64,000 nucleotides of DNA from an uncultured bacterium (GTDB lineage Bacteria > Verrucomicrobiota > Verrucomicrobiia > Limisphaerales > UBA8199), in the NCBI GenBank assembly GCA_963749495.1, contig CAVVMW010000010.1, forward strand, positions 64,001 through 128,000, given 5' to 3'. Both the position numbers and the translations under genes were made by a program. Below the pieces are notes generated by a model. The model did no database searches and had not been told where the DNA came from. It saw nothing but the letters and a program-made list of their open reading frames with translations. How positions within the stretch are numbered: the first letter of the stretch is position 1; each line of letters begins with the position of its first letter. Shown here in pieces: positions 31,626 through 42,569 of the stretch.

Positions 31626-33928
31626 TCAACCCGACCGCCCTTCCCGGGCTGGCGGCGCGTCGGCCCTCAGGCGCAGGAGGCTCTTCAGGCGTTCGCGGTA
31701 AAACGGGCTGGCAAAAGACAGGATCAGGAACGGCAAGAGCAGAGCAAAACTCAACCTAACCAGTGCCCCCGTGTCTTGAAACCAGGCCATGATTTGGTGT
31801 GCATCAATTGCGTAGCCAAGACGGAGCGCGTCAATGGCTAACCAGAGCATGGTGACTGAGAGCCAGACCGGGAGCAGTAAGACCAGCACCCACAAACAAA
31901 GGACGACGGGACGATAGCGCCGCCGGCAGAGCAGCCCTGCCAGGGCCAAGGCTGCGCCGATGGTCAGGGAGGTGGCGACTGCGAGCTCCCCGGCCGGCCA
32001 AGCGAGGCCATCCAGGTTCCCCAGGTGCCCGATTAGCATGATGAAGGAACTGGACCCAAGCAGCACCAAGACGAACCCAGGAAAAGCGACAAGCCGGTGG
32101 CGGTGGCCGAGGCAGGGCGAGACCAGGCAGGCCGCCGCCAAGCCGAAGGCGATGGCGACCACCAGCTCCTGGAAGACCGCCAACTCCCTGGAACGCCAAA
32201 AAGCCGGGGCGGAAATCAGCATGATGGAGAAACCCGACCCAAGCAGCACCAGGACGAACCCAAGGACAGTGACAAACCGGCCGCGACGCCTGAGGTGATT
32301 CAAAACCGACCAGGCCGCCGCCAGGCCGAAGGCGATGGCGACAACCAGCTCCTCGAAGAACCCCAACTCATTGGAAGGCCAGGAAGCCAGGACGGAAGGC
32401 AGGAGGCTGCTCACTCCAGCAACGCCGCCCAGTGGCGCCCAAATCCACCAGGCCGACGCGGTGCGGTTGCTCCTGAGCAGCAGCAGAAGCAAGACCCCCA
32501 ACCACGGCAAGAGCACCGGCAGAGGATTGGCCGCCGTCCAGCGATGGACCACAGCCGGCCCCTCGTTGTCACCCAGGCCGCGAAGCTCTGCCATCGCGGT
32601 GATCCTCAGCTCGCCGGCGCTGCGCAAAGGTACTCGCCATGAGTACGAGCAGGCGCCCCCTCAGACAGGCTCGAACTTGGCGGAATAAATCTTCTTCCCC
32701 GCGCGGTGAACGGCAAATCCAGGCTCGGTGTGAGGGCCCCGCGCTTCGTAGATTTCGCCTCCCGCCCCGAGCAACCGGTAATCGAGCACCAGGGACTTGC
32801 CGCGTCGCTTGACCAGGACAGTGTTGGTCAGCGGACCGCCCGTGTCGAGCACCGCCTCGCCTCCGGCCCTGATGATGGGCGCGCACGGCGAGATCGGAGG
32901 CTCTCCGAAGCGGTCCGAGCGGCGGCCGGCCTCGATCTCGCCGTGTTTGAGGGTGACGCGGCCATTGGTGTAGCTGCCGACGGGGATCATCTCCACCGCC
33001 TCCGGCCCGTCCAGAAGGACGGTCAAGGGCTGGCTGCTCTCTGAGTCAGGACGAGGCGCTCGATGAATTTGCCCGTCAATCTGAGCCGCCCGAGCTCCGC
33101 CGGCTGGGGCTTGAAATCGAGCCGGTACTTCGGTTGGTTGTCTTGCTGGATATAGGCGCAATCAACGTGGAAGGTCTGACCGGCAAAAAAGAGGTCTCGC
33201 GCAGAGCCGAGCAGGTCCAGGGGACCGGTTTGCGCGGGGTGAGCCGGGTTCCGGGCGGACCAGGGCCGCAGGAGCAGGGTGGCTCCGTCCGCAGCCCCGA
33301 TGCGGCCCTGGAGGCTATCCACCAGCCCTACTTGCCAATCCCGTCCCTCGAAGGCGAGTTTTCCTTCCCAAAAGTAACGACGTGCGGCAACCACGTTGGG
33401 CTGGTTGGTCTTGCCGAGGTAGATGAACCACAGATCCAGCAGGGCCGGGTGCAGGCCCATCACGGTGTTGAAAGTCAGGCGGACGTTACTGAAGCCAACA
33501 GAGGAGCTGAAAGGAAAGCGCGGTTGGCACGAATACACGCCGCCATGGTCGTCTGTCAGGTCCAGATTGCGGTTGAGATCCAGGTAGAGTTTGCCTTGCG
33601 CGCGGTCCAGGGCGAACGCGACGAAATGTTCGCTGTTGTCGCCGAACTTGAGCGTTCCGCGGACGACGGTCCGCCGGCCGAAATCCGGCTCTTTCCGGAA
33701 GGGGGTGGATTGGAAGGCGACAGGGACGTCCCAATCGAGCGAGAAGTTGCTCGAGTCCGGCTCCCGGTATTCGAGATAGACGGAATGCGTCAACGTGGGC
33801 GTTGTGGCAGCCGCGGGGGACCCCGGGGCTTCGGCAGCAGCGAGTGCGGCAACCGAACCGACCCACAGCGACCACCATCGGACAAGCGAACGACCCACCG
33901 ATTCGCAGCGGAGCCGCCAATCTCTCAT
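31626..33928 (-). CDS. Large exported-domain plus multi-TM membrane protein with in-frame TGA at 32663-32661 (candidate selenocysteine); frameshift ~33040
   Basis: Signal peptide ORF 33023..33928 joins ORF 32661..33161 at a CT dinucleotide run. ORF 31626..32627 is in the same frame as 32661..33161 across the TGA (KFEPV*GGACSYSWRVPLRSAGELRI). Confidence 0.7.
32032..32369 (-). repeat. Intragenic tandem duplication, 183-bp period (two TM helices)
   Basis: ELVVAIAFGLAAA...GFVLVLLGS...IMLI occurs twice. DNA blocks at 32128/32311 and 32032/32215 are both offset by 183 bp. Confidence 0.85.
32616..32657 (-). promoter_or_regulatory. SECIS-like stem-loop immediately 3' of the in-frame TGA
   Basis: UGA GGG GGCG(C)CUGC-UC-GUACUC-[AUGGC]-GAGUAC-CUUUGC-GCAG-CGCC. 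The apical loop starts 20 nt after UGA. Confidence 0.5.
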
Positions 33929-34367
33929 GCGCCAGGTCCTTTTTGCAAAAGTCTCAATGCTCTGTTGCTATAGCATTGGACCAGGCCGGCCATGGGGCAT
34001 CACGGACAAACAACCCGAGGGCGCGTGAGGCGTTCTCGAAAAAATGGAATGTCGGGATATGAATACCGACTGGCCGTTGGCCTGCTCCAGTTCTACAAAC
34101 TGGAGATGGTACTCGTTGAGCCGCGGGCCAGGGCGGCCTGAAAGCCGGTATCCTGGAGAGAACGGGTGTCGTGGGGCGCATCTTGACCGTGCCACCACGC
34201 CCGAACACCTAAGGATTGGAGCGCGGACTTCAGTCCGCTTATGGCGCCCGACGGCCCGCCCGGCGCGGGTATCTTCCGAGGCCGGTCCTCCTTCCGGTTC
34301 CTTGAAGTTTGAACACCTCAGCCGGATCAAGACCAGGTATCACGGACAAAAACGGGTATGCGCCAAT

Positions 34368-36666
34368 TCAAGCCAGACCGCCGGACCGGCGAACGACCCA
34401 CTCGGCCGTGAGCAATGATACGATCAGGAGCAGCCAAATTGGTTTGTCCCACAGCGGGCGGTAACGGAAATGCTCGGTTGTGCGAACGGGATTGGAGAGC
34501 ATTTCCGTCACGCTGGACACATCCAGAGCCGGCGAAAGCGCCTTGCCTCCTCCAGCCGCCGCCAACTCGGCCATGAGTTGGGGATTGGCCCGCAATTCGA
34601 TTTCCTCGACTCCCAGCGCGTCCCAGGAGAGGAATTGGCTATCGGCGCCCAGTTCTTTGGTTCCTTGGCGCGCCGCGGCGGTGACGACGTATTGGCCCGG
34701 GCCTGCGGGCATAAACTCGGCGCGGTGGTCTCTGGTTGCCGGGTTGTATTTCGCCGGGACCTTGAGTTCCGCGTGGGTGGAGGAAACCAGAGAAAGTGAC
34801 ACTTCGGCATTAGGCGTTTCGGGAGACAAGATGACTCTGGCGCCGACTGGCCGGTTCGTGCCTGGAGATTCCCGGGCCAGTTCGAGCTGGATGCCGGAGT
34901 TGAGGACTCGTCCCGCGGCCAGCCAACGAATGGCGTTCGCCCAGAACTGGCGATAGTACCGCCGATCACAATTGGCTTCGATGAGAGGCAAGCCGCCGTT
35001 GATTGGTTCTCCCCAGAGCGTCTCAAAGTCTTGTCCCCAGCCGCGGGTAGTGTCGGTCGTGAAGGCCATGGAACGGCCTTTGCCGATCTCCTGGACCGCT
35101 AGAATCACGCAGGGGCCATAGCGAGTGAGCTGCGCTGGATGCTCCAACAGAACCACGGCTCCCGGTTTGGCCCGGTCCACGCGGTTGAACCCGGTGAACT
35201 GGGGAAGCTTTTCCAGCCAGGCCTGCCGCGTGGATGGCGCGTCGGCGCCCACCTGCATAATGGAGTGGGCCAGCGCGCCGGTCGAGACGCGCGGCTTGAA
35301 GGAGCCGGGCGTGATGTCCCGTTCCTGGTCCATGGTCACGGGGATGATACGTTCCAGGGGCGTCTTTTCATTGGCGCCCGCGCCAAAAGAGGTGAAGCCG
35401 CCCACCATCACGAACCCGCCCCCGTAATCCTCCACGAATCGGCGCGTGTTTTCCAACTGGCCTTGGGTGAAGGCCTCCTTGGGAATGTCACTGTCAATGA
35501 TGACGTCAAATTGCAGCAGGTCCTCCAGGGACCTGGGATAGCCCGCGCTGGGGTTTTCGACCCGGTAAACGCGAGCGCCGGTCTGCGCGTCGAGGAATAC
35601 GCCGTAGAGCCGAATCGTGTTGGCTCTCCACACTCTGGTTTCGATAGAGGGTCTTTATCTTGACGCCCGGCTCCCGGCTGAGGGACCGGTGCAAATAGAG
35701 GCACTCCGGACCGGAGCCAACGTCCCCGGTGCCTTCCATATAAAGCACGCGCAGGGAGGGGTCCACAACCTCGCACCCGAACTGCCTCCGGTTGTTGGCG
35801 GTCAGTCTCTCTCCCGGTTGGGGTGGTATTTCCAAGGTAAAGACCTGGAATCCTCTGCGGGGGGAGACCAAGGCCATTTCGACGGATTGCTCTGCTCCCG
35901 AGAGGACGACGTTGGTCTCGGCCATCAGCCGCGTTCCTTGCAGCAGGCGCAACGGGACGGTGGCGCCCTTGAAGCCCGGCGAACGCAGCACGGCCTTGAG
36001 TGCCGCCGGCGCCTGCTCGGCAACGCGATGCTGGACCTGCACTTCCTCGATTCGAATGTCCGGTATTTCGTTGGTGCTTCCGACCACCAGGGTGTGCAGC
36101 AGTACCTTTCTTTGATAATACTTGCGGACGACGGCAAGCGGGTCCAGTCCGCCATTGTCACGCCCATCGGAAAGGAGCAGCACCGCTCCCAGCGGCCGGA
36201 TGCCCGAGGCCGCCGGTTCGAGTGCCAGGAGGCCGTCCAGGGCCATGCCGAGTTCCGTGGTCCCGGCGGCATTGGTCAGGGCGGCCGGCCCGTCCACGCG
36301 GCGCAACTCATCGCTAAAGCCAAACCAGTTCACAATCGAATTCGTTGCCAGGTTTCGGCCCAACCAGGCCCTGGCCAGCTCGAGCCGGGACTGAGCGCCC
36401 TCGCGGGTCCCCATGCTCAGAGAGGTATCCAACAGCACGGCCAGTTGGGACGGTTCGGAACGCTGGGCCGGTTGAATCCGTCGAGGGTCAAGAATGCACG
36501 CCACCACCACCGCCACGGTCAGACAACGGAGCATGAGGATCACGACGCGGCGCCAGGCGCCAGTTGCGCCTCGCGCCCGGCGGAAGCTCCAATAGAGAAA
36601 CCCTGCCGTAACCAGTCCGCCCAGCAACAGCCAAAGCCAGTGGGGCTTATAAGCGAATTCGATCAT
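34368..36666 (-). CDS. Membrane protein with vWA and glutamine-amidotransferase-like (DUF1355-type) domains (frameshift ~35630)
   Basis: N-terminal double TM, MIDAS LLDTSLSM, LLLSDG, LRVLYMEG, GGGFVMVGGFTSFGAG, EIGKGRSMAFTTDTT, C-terminal PLWD...EWVVRRSGGLA. Confidence 0.85.
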
Positions 36667-36675
36667 GTCCGCTCC

Positions 36676-39600
36676 TCACTTGGCGGGCCCTTTCCCAGCG
36701 TCCGGCGTTTGGGCGCGTTCCATTCTCATGATGCTGGACTTGGCCTGCAGGTCCGCCCGGCTCACGACGAGGGGCGTGCCATTTTCCCAGGCCTGCAATT
36801 CGTATTCCGTGTCGGCAAATCCGGCACAACTCAGCGAGAACATGAGGGTCTTGAAGTCGGCGCCGCCCGCGCTGGAGGTCCATTGGCCCTTGGCGTCGGT
36901 GGTCACTGAATCCAGGTCCGTCAGGGAGAACTGCCCATTGGCGTCTTTGACGATCCCTCGAACATGGATGGCCACTCCCGCGATGGGATGATCGGCCGTA
37001 TCGAGGACCCTTCCGCCGATCTCGGCTCCCCGCGACAATTTGACCGTGACCGCATTCGGCAGCGGCTCGGTCTGAGCACCGGTCACGGTGGTGCTGCTGG
37101 CCTGCCGCCCATTGGCCGTAACCGTTACCGCGAACGAGTCAAAGCGTCCGTGAGGGCAGAGCAACTCCAACCGGCCCTGTGGGTCACTGGGGGAGTCCGC
37201 GATCAACACCGGGGCAGGCCCGCATTTCGCCGTCACGCGCACTCGCGCCCCTGCGATCGGCTGCAGGCTGGCGGCATCCACGGCACGGACGCTGAAGGCG
37301 TCGAAATGCGAGGGGCTCTCCGGCTCAAAGAGGCTGTCCCGTGACGGGGCCGTTGGATTGTCTTCGAGGCTTACGGCCAGGATCATCGGGTTTGCCGCGC
37401 ACAATTCCGAAATAATATCCAGACGAGTTACCACCTGGTCCGGCAGGGGATTGTCCAGCGGAGTGTGGTAGAGACGCAGGACCTTGCCGTACTGGGCGGC
37501 GTCCTCGCTGGGGCCCTTCCATGCCACTTTCGAATTTGGGTCGCGCACGAGGCCCCGGTAGTCGCCGGGGGCGTCGTACCAATCCTGGGCATGAACGCCA
37601 TACACCAACCTGGCGACGCGCCGCTCGCCGTTGGCGTAATAGAGGACCAACTGCTCCAGCGGCCTGCCGGTCCCGTCATAATACTCGGCGCAGTGCAGCA
37701 AGTGCAGGCGCGAGAACTTCTTCCCGACCGGGATTCCGGCCGCTTCCAAAGGAAGCGCGCCTCCTTCAGTGAGTGTCCTGGAGGAGGCCAATTCGATATA
37801 GCCGTTGATCTGGAAAGGAATGCCGTCGAGGCGTTGCAGTCCCTTGGGAACGGCCACCCACGATTTCAAAGTGACTTGATTGTAGAACGAGTCCAGGGAC
37901 AGCGGGATAGCATCTCTGTCCGGGGCTGCCTTGGCCAAGGCAAAACGAGCGGCCATTGGCGTCAGGCGCCTCCGTCTCTGCTCTGGCGAAGAATTCTGCA
38001 TGCCGAGCGAAGTGGGGAGCAGTGTCAGTTCCCGCGGGGCGCTGCCGGGGTTCAGAGTGACGTCCTTCAAAGGGCGGAAGCCATTGCAGGCCACTAAGAA
38101 TGTGGCGCTGTCCGCAGGGGATGAGTCCCAGAGGAACTTGCCTTGGACATCGGTGTAAGCGATGTGCCGAAGCCAGGGCTGTTCGCCTCCAGGGGTGAGT
38201 TCGAAGAGCACGTGAGGAACCGGCTGGCCCGAGGGATCACGCACCACCGCCTGCAGCGGCTTGGCGCGGCTCAGCGCCACGGTGAGGGCGTTGGTCTTTG
38301 CTCCCAGCTTCTGCAGCTTCGGCGCGAACCCTTCAGCGGTGACCAGCAAACGGGCCGGGCCGGCTTCCAGCCCACGCAGAGCAAAATGTCCGTCCCGATC
38401 GGTGCGCGCGGTACGGCGCCCCTCGGCGGGCGTTTCGCCCAGGAACAAGGTCACTTGCGCGTCGAGCACGGGCGCTCCGGCCGCCGTCACCCTTCCTTTG
38501 AGTTCCTCGCCTGCGTGGAGTCGGAAGACCGCCTTTTGGCGGGACAAGTCGTCGGCGCGGACAGTGAGCGGCCCGGCGCCGCCGGCATCCTCTTGTTCAT
38601 AAGTCGCCGGCAGAAAGTCGGGGTGCTGAAAGGTGAGTGTGAGGCCGGTGAAATTTGAGGGAGCGCAGCTCAGCACCCACCGGCCATCGGCGCCGGTCCT
38701 GGCCGTCGGCCACTGAGCCAGGGTGAACTTGCCGACCATGTCCTTCTCGACGCCGGCGGCGACGACGGCGGCGTTCGCCACGGGTCGGCCTTGTTCATCC
38801 TGGACCACGCCGCCGATGGTCCCGCCGCGCGCCAGTCTGAAGGCCGGCGTTTCCGGAGGGGGCGCCGTGTTGGTCGCGCCAACGGCTTTGGGTTCCGGGA
38901 GTTGGGAGTCGGAACCGTTCTGAGGTTTTGCCACGAGTGAGAATCGCCCCGCCAGATGGCGGGGACTCAAGGCCCGGAGTTGCACCGGGATTTCTCCTGA
39001 GCCTGGCTGAAAATCGAATGAGACTTCGCCCTGCTTGTCAGTGACATTAGCGACCCACTTCGACCAGTTGTCTCCTTCGCGCAACCAGGCCTGAACTTCA
39101 GCGTGGCCGATAGGACTGCCGTCGGCGGCGTCGAGCAGACGAACGCGTTGGACGACGGGCTCGATGACAGCCGGGATCGGGCGGGGGTCCAACAACGGTC
39201 CCTCCGCGATGCGGTCGGGCCCTGATTCGGCGGTGGCGGCCGCCAGGTTGTAGCGGCACTTGCTGAACAACGAACGCAGGTCGAAGGAGATGACTTCGAC
39301 TTCCGGCCGTGGGTTGGGCAGCACGGTCTCCCAGAACGTAGTGACGAAAGGATCGTCGGGTTTGTCGAGTTGCGGCGCCATCCAGGCGTAGTGGCTGTTC
39401 GGATCGGCGGCTTCGTTCCCGTAAGCGGGATGGCTCCAATCCTGGAAATGCACGCCGTAGCGCAGGACAAAAACCCGCGCCTGGCCATCAGCATAGTGCA
39501 GAATCAGCCTGGCGGCGGGCGCTCCGTGAGGCGCGACCATTTCGCTGAAATGCAGCAGGTGAAGCTGCGTAATGCGACGCCCGACGGGGATGGCGTCGGC

Positions 39601-39930
39601 TCGTGTCAGGTAGAACTCGCTCGTGTGGGACTCGGAGGTCTTGAGTTGGATAACCCCCTCGATCCGGAACGGCACACCACGAAGAACCTGTCGTCCGCCA
39701 GGCGGCCCATTCCAAGTGGCCCACGGTTTGTAGCCATCCCAGGCACAGCTCAAGTGACCGGAGAGATCGATCTCAGTGAAGGCCGGCGCCACTCCGGCCA
39801 CGGCCCCGCCAATGCAGCACGACAACGCCGTGGCCGCCAGCAGGGGCCGCAGGGGGCCGGCGCGTTTGCGCGGGACGGCGATGGTGCGGCGGGGGAGACC
39901 CGCTCTTCGAATTCCAGAATAAGTTTTCAT
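36676..39930 (-). CDS. Large secreted protein with carboxypeptidase-regulatory-like repeats and two copies of an uncharacterised beta-sandwich domain
   Basis: ATG 39930 gives a basic leader plus signal peptide. Repeats such as GVVQDEQGRPVANA and GRVLDTADHPIAGV. The duplicated domain lies at ~39230-39790 and ~37360-37910. Confidence 0.82.
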   Translation of the reverse strand: MKTYSGIRRAGLPRRTIAVPRKRAGPLRPLLAATALSCCIGGAVAGVAPAFTEIDLSGHLSCAWDGYKPWATWNGPPGGRQVLRGVPFRIEGVIQLKTSESHTSEFYLTRADAIPVGRRITQLHLLHFSEMVAPHGAPAARLILHYADGQARVFVLRYGVHFQDWSHPAYGNEAADPNSHYAWMAPQLDKPDDPFVTTFWETVLPNPRPEVEVISFDLRSLFSKCRYNLAAATAESGPDRIAEGPLLDPRPIPAVIEPVVQRVRLLDAADGSPIGHAEVQAWLREGDNWSKWVANVTDKQGEVSFDFQPGSGEIPVQLRALSPRHLAGRFSLVAKPQNGSDSQLPEPKAVGATNTAPPPETPAFRLARGGTIGGVVQDEQGRPVANAAVVAAGVEKDMVGKFTLAQWPTARTGADGRWVLSCAPSNFTGLTLTFQHPDFLPATYEQEDAGGAGPLTVRADDLSRQKAVFRLHAGEELKGRVTAAGAPVLDAQVTLFLGETPAEGRRTARTDRDGHFALRGLEAGPARLLVTAEGFAPKLQKLGAKTNALTVALSRAKPLQAVVRDPSGQPVPHVLFELTPGGEQPWLRHIAYTDVQGKFLWDSSPADSATFLVACNGFRPLKDVTLNPGSAPRELTLLPTSLGMQNSSPEQRRRRLTPMAARFALAKAAPDRDAIPLSLDSFYNQVTLKSWVAVPKGLQRLDGIPFQINGYIELASSRTLTEGGALPLEAAGIPVGKKFSRLHLLHCAEYYDGTGRPLEQLVLYYANGERRVARLVYGVHAQDWYDAPGDYRGLVRDPNSKVAWKGPSEDAAQYGKVLRLYHTPLDNPLPDQVVTRLDIISELCAANPMILAVSLEDNPTAPSRDSLFEPESPSHFDAFSVRAVDAASLQPIAGARVRVTAKCGPAPVLIADSPSDPQGRLELLCPHGRFDSFAVTVTANGRQASSTTVTGAQTEPLPNAVTVKLSRGAEIGGRVLDTADHPIAGVAIHVRGIVKDANGQFSLTDLDSVTTDAKGQWTSSAGGADFKTLMFSLSCAGFADTEYELQAWENGTPLVVSRADLQAKSSIMRMERAQTPDAGKGPAK

Positions 39931-39981
39931 TTTGGTGCAAGTCAGCTCTTGAAGGGGGGGTAGGGTTTGGCCGTCGGGTTT

Positions 39982-40127
39982 CCCCTCACCCCGTCCCTCT
40001 CCCCATCCGATGGGGAGAGGGAGGACCGTTGGGCGTCGGTTGACGAATCGCGGCACATTGGAGCGTTCGAGGCCGGACATTGCTGCGCCCTCTCCCCATC
40101 GGATGGGGAGAGGGCCGGGGTGAGGGG
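39982..40127. repeat. BoxC-like palindromic doublet, copy 2
   Basis: Same 40-bp arms and a 66-bp spacer. Confidence 0.85.
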
Positions 40128-40223
40128 CAAGCAGCGACCGGCCAGAATGAGGTGCCAGAAATTGATTTGTGCCCGTTTCATTTGTCTTTTCCTGTCGTGC
40201 GTTGCGCTTGCATTTGCCGACCA

Positions 40224-42569
40224 TTACGCCAGGCCCACGCGCCGGCGCGCGACCCACTCCAAAGTGAGCAGCCCGACAATCGTAGCCAGCCAAACCCAGG
40301 TGTCCCAGAGCGGCTGGCGGTGGTCATCCGCAGCTTGGAGCTTGTCCCCAGCCAAAGTGGCGGTCAGCTTGGCCGGCTCGGCGGTGAGCGAGAGCACTTG
40401 CCCGCCGGAGTTGCGCGCGATCTCCGCGAGCAACTCGGGGCGCGCCTGCGCGTCTGTCATCTCGACATCGCGGTTGGCGCAGACCAGGAGTTGCCTGGCC
40501 TCGAGCTCCTGAATGCCGCTGCGCCTGGCCTGGGCGCGGACGACGAACCGTCCTGGCGAGGGTGGTGTCAGGATGGCGCGATAGACCGCCGCGCTCTGGT
40601 TGCCAGTGGCCGGGACGACTTGGATCTCTTTGTCATCCTGCAACAGGCTCACAGTGACGTTCGCGTCGCGGACCGTCTTGCCCGTTTTGTCCAGCACTTT
40701 GGCGCTCACTGCCACCTCTTCGCCGGGCAGGACTTCGTCACGGTCGAGGGCGATTTGCGTGCTGCCTTGTTCCTGGGCGAATTTGTTGGCCGCGAGCCAA
40801 CGCATTGCGTTGGCCCAAAAGCGCCGGTAGTAGCGGTTATCGCAAGCGGATGCCCGCGGTGGAAACGTGCCTGGCCTGCCGGACGCCGGCTTTCGGCTCG
40901 GGTCGGGTTCGCCCCAGTATTTTTCGAACTCGTAACCCCAGACCGAGGTGGTGTCGGTCGTAAAGGCCATCGAGCGGCCCTTGCCGATCTCCTGCGCCGC
41001 GAGGATCACGCTGGGCCCGTAACGTGTGGTCAGGCTCGGGTGCACCAAGAGCGTGACGGCCCCGGGCTTGGCGCGATCCACGCGGTTGAAACCTGCCAGC
41101 GGCGGGAATCGCTCGGTCCAGATCCGCCTGTTTTCGGCCGGGTTGTCCGCCACTTTGAGCAACGGATGGTTCCGGCTCTCCGCCGGGATGCGCGGCACAA
41201 ACAGGTCGAATGTGGTGTCGTGTTCGAGCTCCATTTCGACCGGGATGATTCTCTCCCACGAGGTCTCGCTCCAATGGCCGGCGCCAAAGGCCGTGACCCC
41301 GCCAACCATCACAAATCCGCCGCCGAATTCCTCGACGAACCGCACGGTGTTCTGCAACTGCTCCTGGGTGAACAGGGCCTTGTCAATGTCGCTGCAAATC
41401 ACCACGTGGAACCGCAGCAGTTCCTCCAACGTCTTGGGATAGCCGAGGCGCGAATGGCCCACGCGATAGATCCTCTGGCCGGTGCGAGGATCCACGTAGG
41501 CCGGCGCGTCGCGCATGCCCGGCGGCGTCGGCTTGAACTGCTCATGGTAGAGCGCGCGGACCTCGAAACCCTCGTCTTCCAGCGCCCATTTGAGATCGAG
41601 TATTTCCGGATGATCATCCTCTTCCCCGGTGCCCTCCATGTAAATCACGCGCAGCTTTGGATTGGAAACGGTTAGGCCGAATTCCCGGCGGTGATTGTCA
41701 GTCTGGCGCTCCCCGGGGTCGGCCGGGATCTCGAGGACAAAGGTCTGGAAACCGTCTCGCGGCGCCTGAAACTCAATATCAACTTGCTGCGTCGCCCCGT
41801 TGAGCGTAAGGGGCTGTTTGGCAACCGGCTTATCGTCCTGCGAAACGCGCCACTCGGTCTTGTGGCCGGCGCAACCTGGCGAAGCCACCGTCGCGATGAC
41901 GTGAATCGTCGCCTGGCGCGTATAGACCGGGCGGGTCTCCACACCTGCTATCCTGACGCCCGGCGCTTGGTAGTCCGTTCCAACGCACAGCGTGTGGATC
42001 GGCACCTTGTCGCGCCCGAATTGCCTGGCGACTTCCGCCGCGTTGCGCGAGACGTTCTCCGCGCCGTCGGAGATGAGCAGGACGCTCTCCAGCGGCTCGT
42101 TTGCGGCGACGCAACGCAAGCCGCCCAGCGCGCCGCCTATGTCGGTGCGGTCGCCGGCAAGTGTGACGGCCTCCAGCGAGGGCAGCGCGTCCAGCTTTCG
42201 GTCAAAATGGAACATCCGCAACTGGAGATGCCGGGGCAGGCGAAGCGAGTTACGAATCCAGGTCGTAGCCGTCTCGATACGCGCGCGGCCCAAGTCCGCC
42301 ACACCCATGCTGCGCGATGTGTCCAGCAGCAAACCGACGCAGCCCGATTCGAGACGCCGCACCTCCCGCACCCTCTGCGGATCCAACAGGCACAGCGCCA
42401 CCACCGCCACGACCAGCAACCGCAAACCGAGCACCAGCCCACGCCGGGCGGGCGCCCTCCGGCCCGCAGCTCGCCGGTGGCTCCACACCAGCAGCGCGAC
42501 CACCGCCGCGCCGACGATCAACCATGCCCATCCGGGCTTGCTGGCGAACTCGATTCGCTCATTCAGCAT
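40224..42569 (-). CDS. Membrane protein with vWA and glutamine-amidotransferase-like domains (paralog of 34368..36666)
   Basis: LLDTSRSM, LLISDG, LRVIYMEGTG, GGGFVMVGG, EIGKGRSMAFTTDTT, EWVARRRVGLA. Confidence 0.9.
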   Translation of the reverse strand: MLNERIEFASKPGWAWLIVGAAVVALLVWSHRRAAGRRAPARRGLVLGLRLLVVAVVALCLLDPQRVREVRRLESGCVGLLLDTSRSMGVADLGRARIETATTWIRNSLRLPRHLQLRMFHFDRKLDALPSLEAVTLAGDRTDIGGALGGLRCVAANEPLESVLLISDGAENVSRNAAEVARQFGRDKVPIHTLCVGTDYQAPGVRIAGVETRPVYTRQATIHVIATVASPGCAGHKTEWRVSQDDKPVAKQPLTLNGATQQVDIEFQAPRDGFQTFVLEIPADPGERQTDNHRREFGLTVSNPKLRVIYMEGTGEEDDHPEILDLKWALEDEGFEVRALYHEQFKPTPPGMRDAPAYVDPRTGQRIYRVGHSRLGYPKTLEELLRFHVVICSDIDKALFTQEQLQNTVRFVEEFGGGFVMVGGVTAFGAGHWSETSWERIIPVEMELEHDTTFDLFVPRIPAESRNHPLLKVADNPAENRRIWTERFPPLAGFNRVDRAKPGAVTLLVHPSLTTRYGPSVILAAQEIGKGRSMAFTTDTTSVWGYEFEKYWGEPDPSRKPASGRPGTFPPRASACDNRYYRRFWANAMRWLAANKFAQEQGSTQIALDRDEVLPGEEVAVSAKVLDKTGKTVRDANVTVSLLQDDKEIQVVPATGNQSAAVYRAILTPPSPGRFVVRAQARRSGIQELEARQLLVCANRDVEMTDAQARPELLAEIARNSGGQVLSLTAEPAKLTATLAGDKLQAADDHRQPLWDTWVWLATIVGLLTLEWVARRRVGLA

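Noticed and set aside
39931..40293. N-terminal extension of the 1205-aa ORF
   Set aside because: It translates through a BoxC-like repeat and overlaps the upstream gene; ATG 39930 is the more plausible start.
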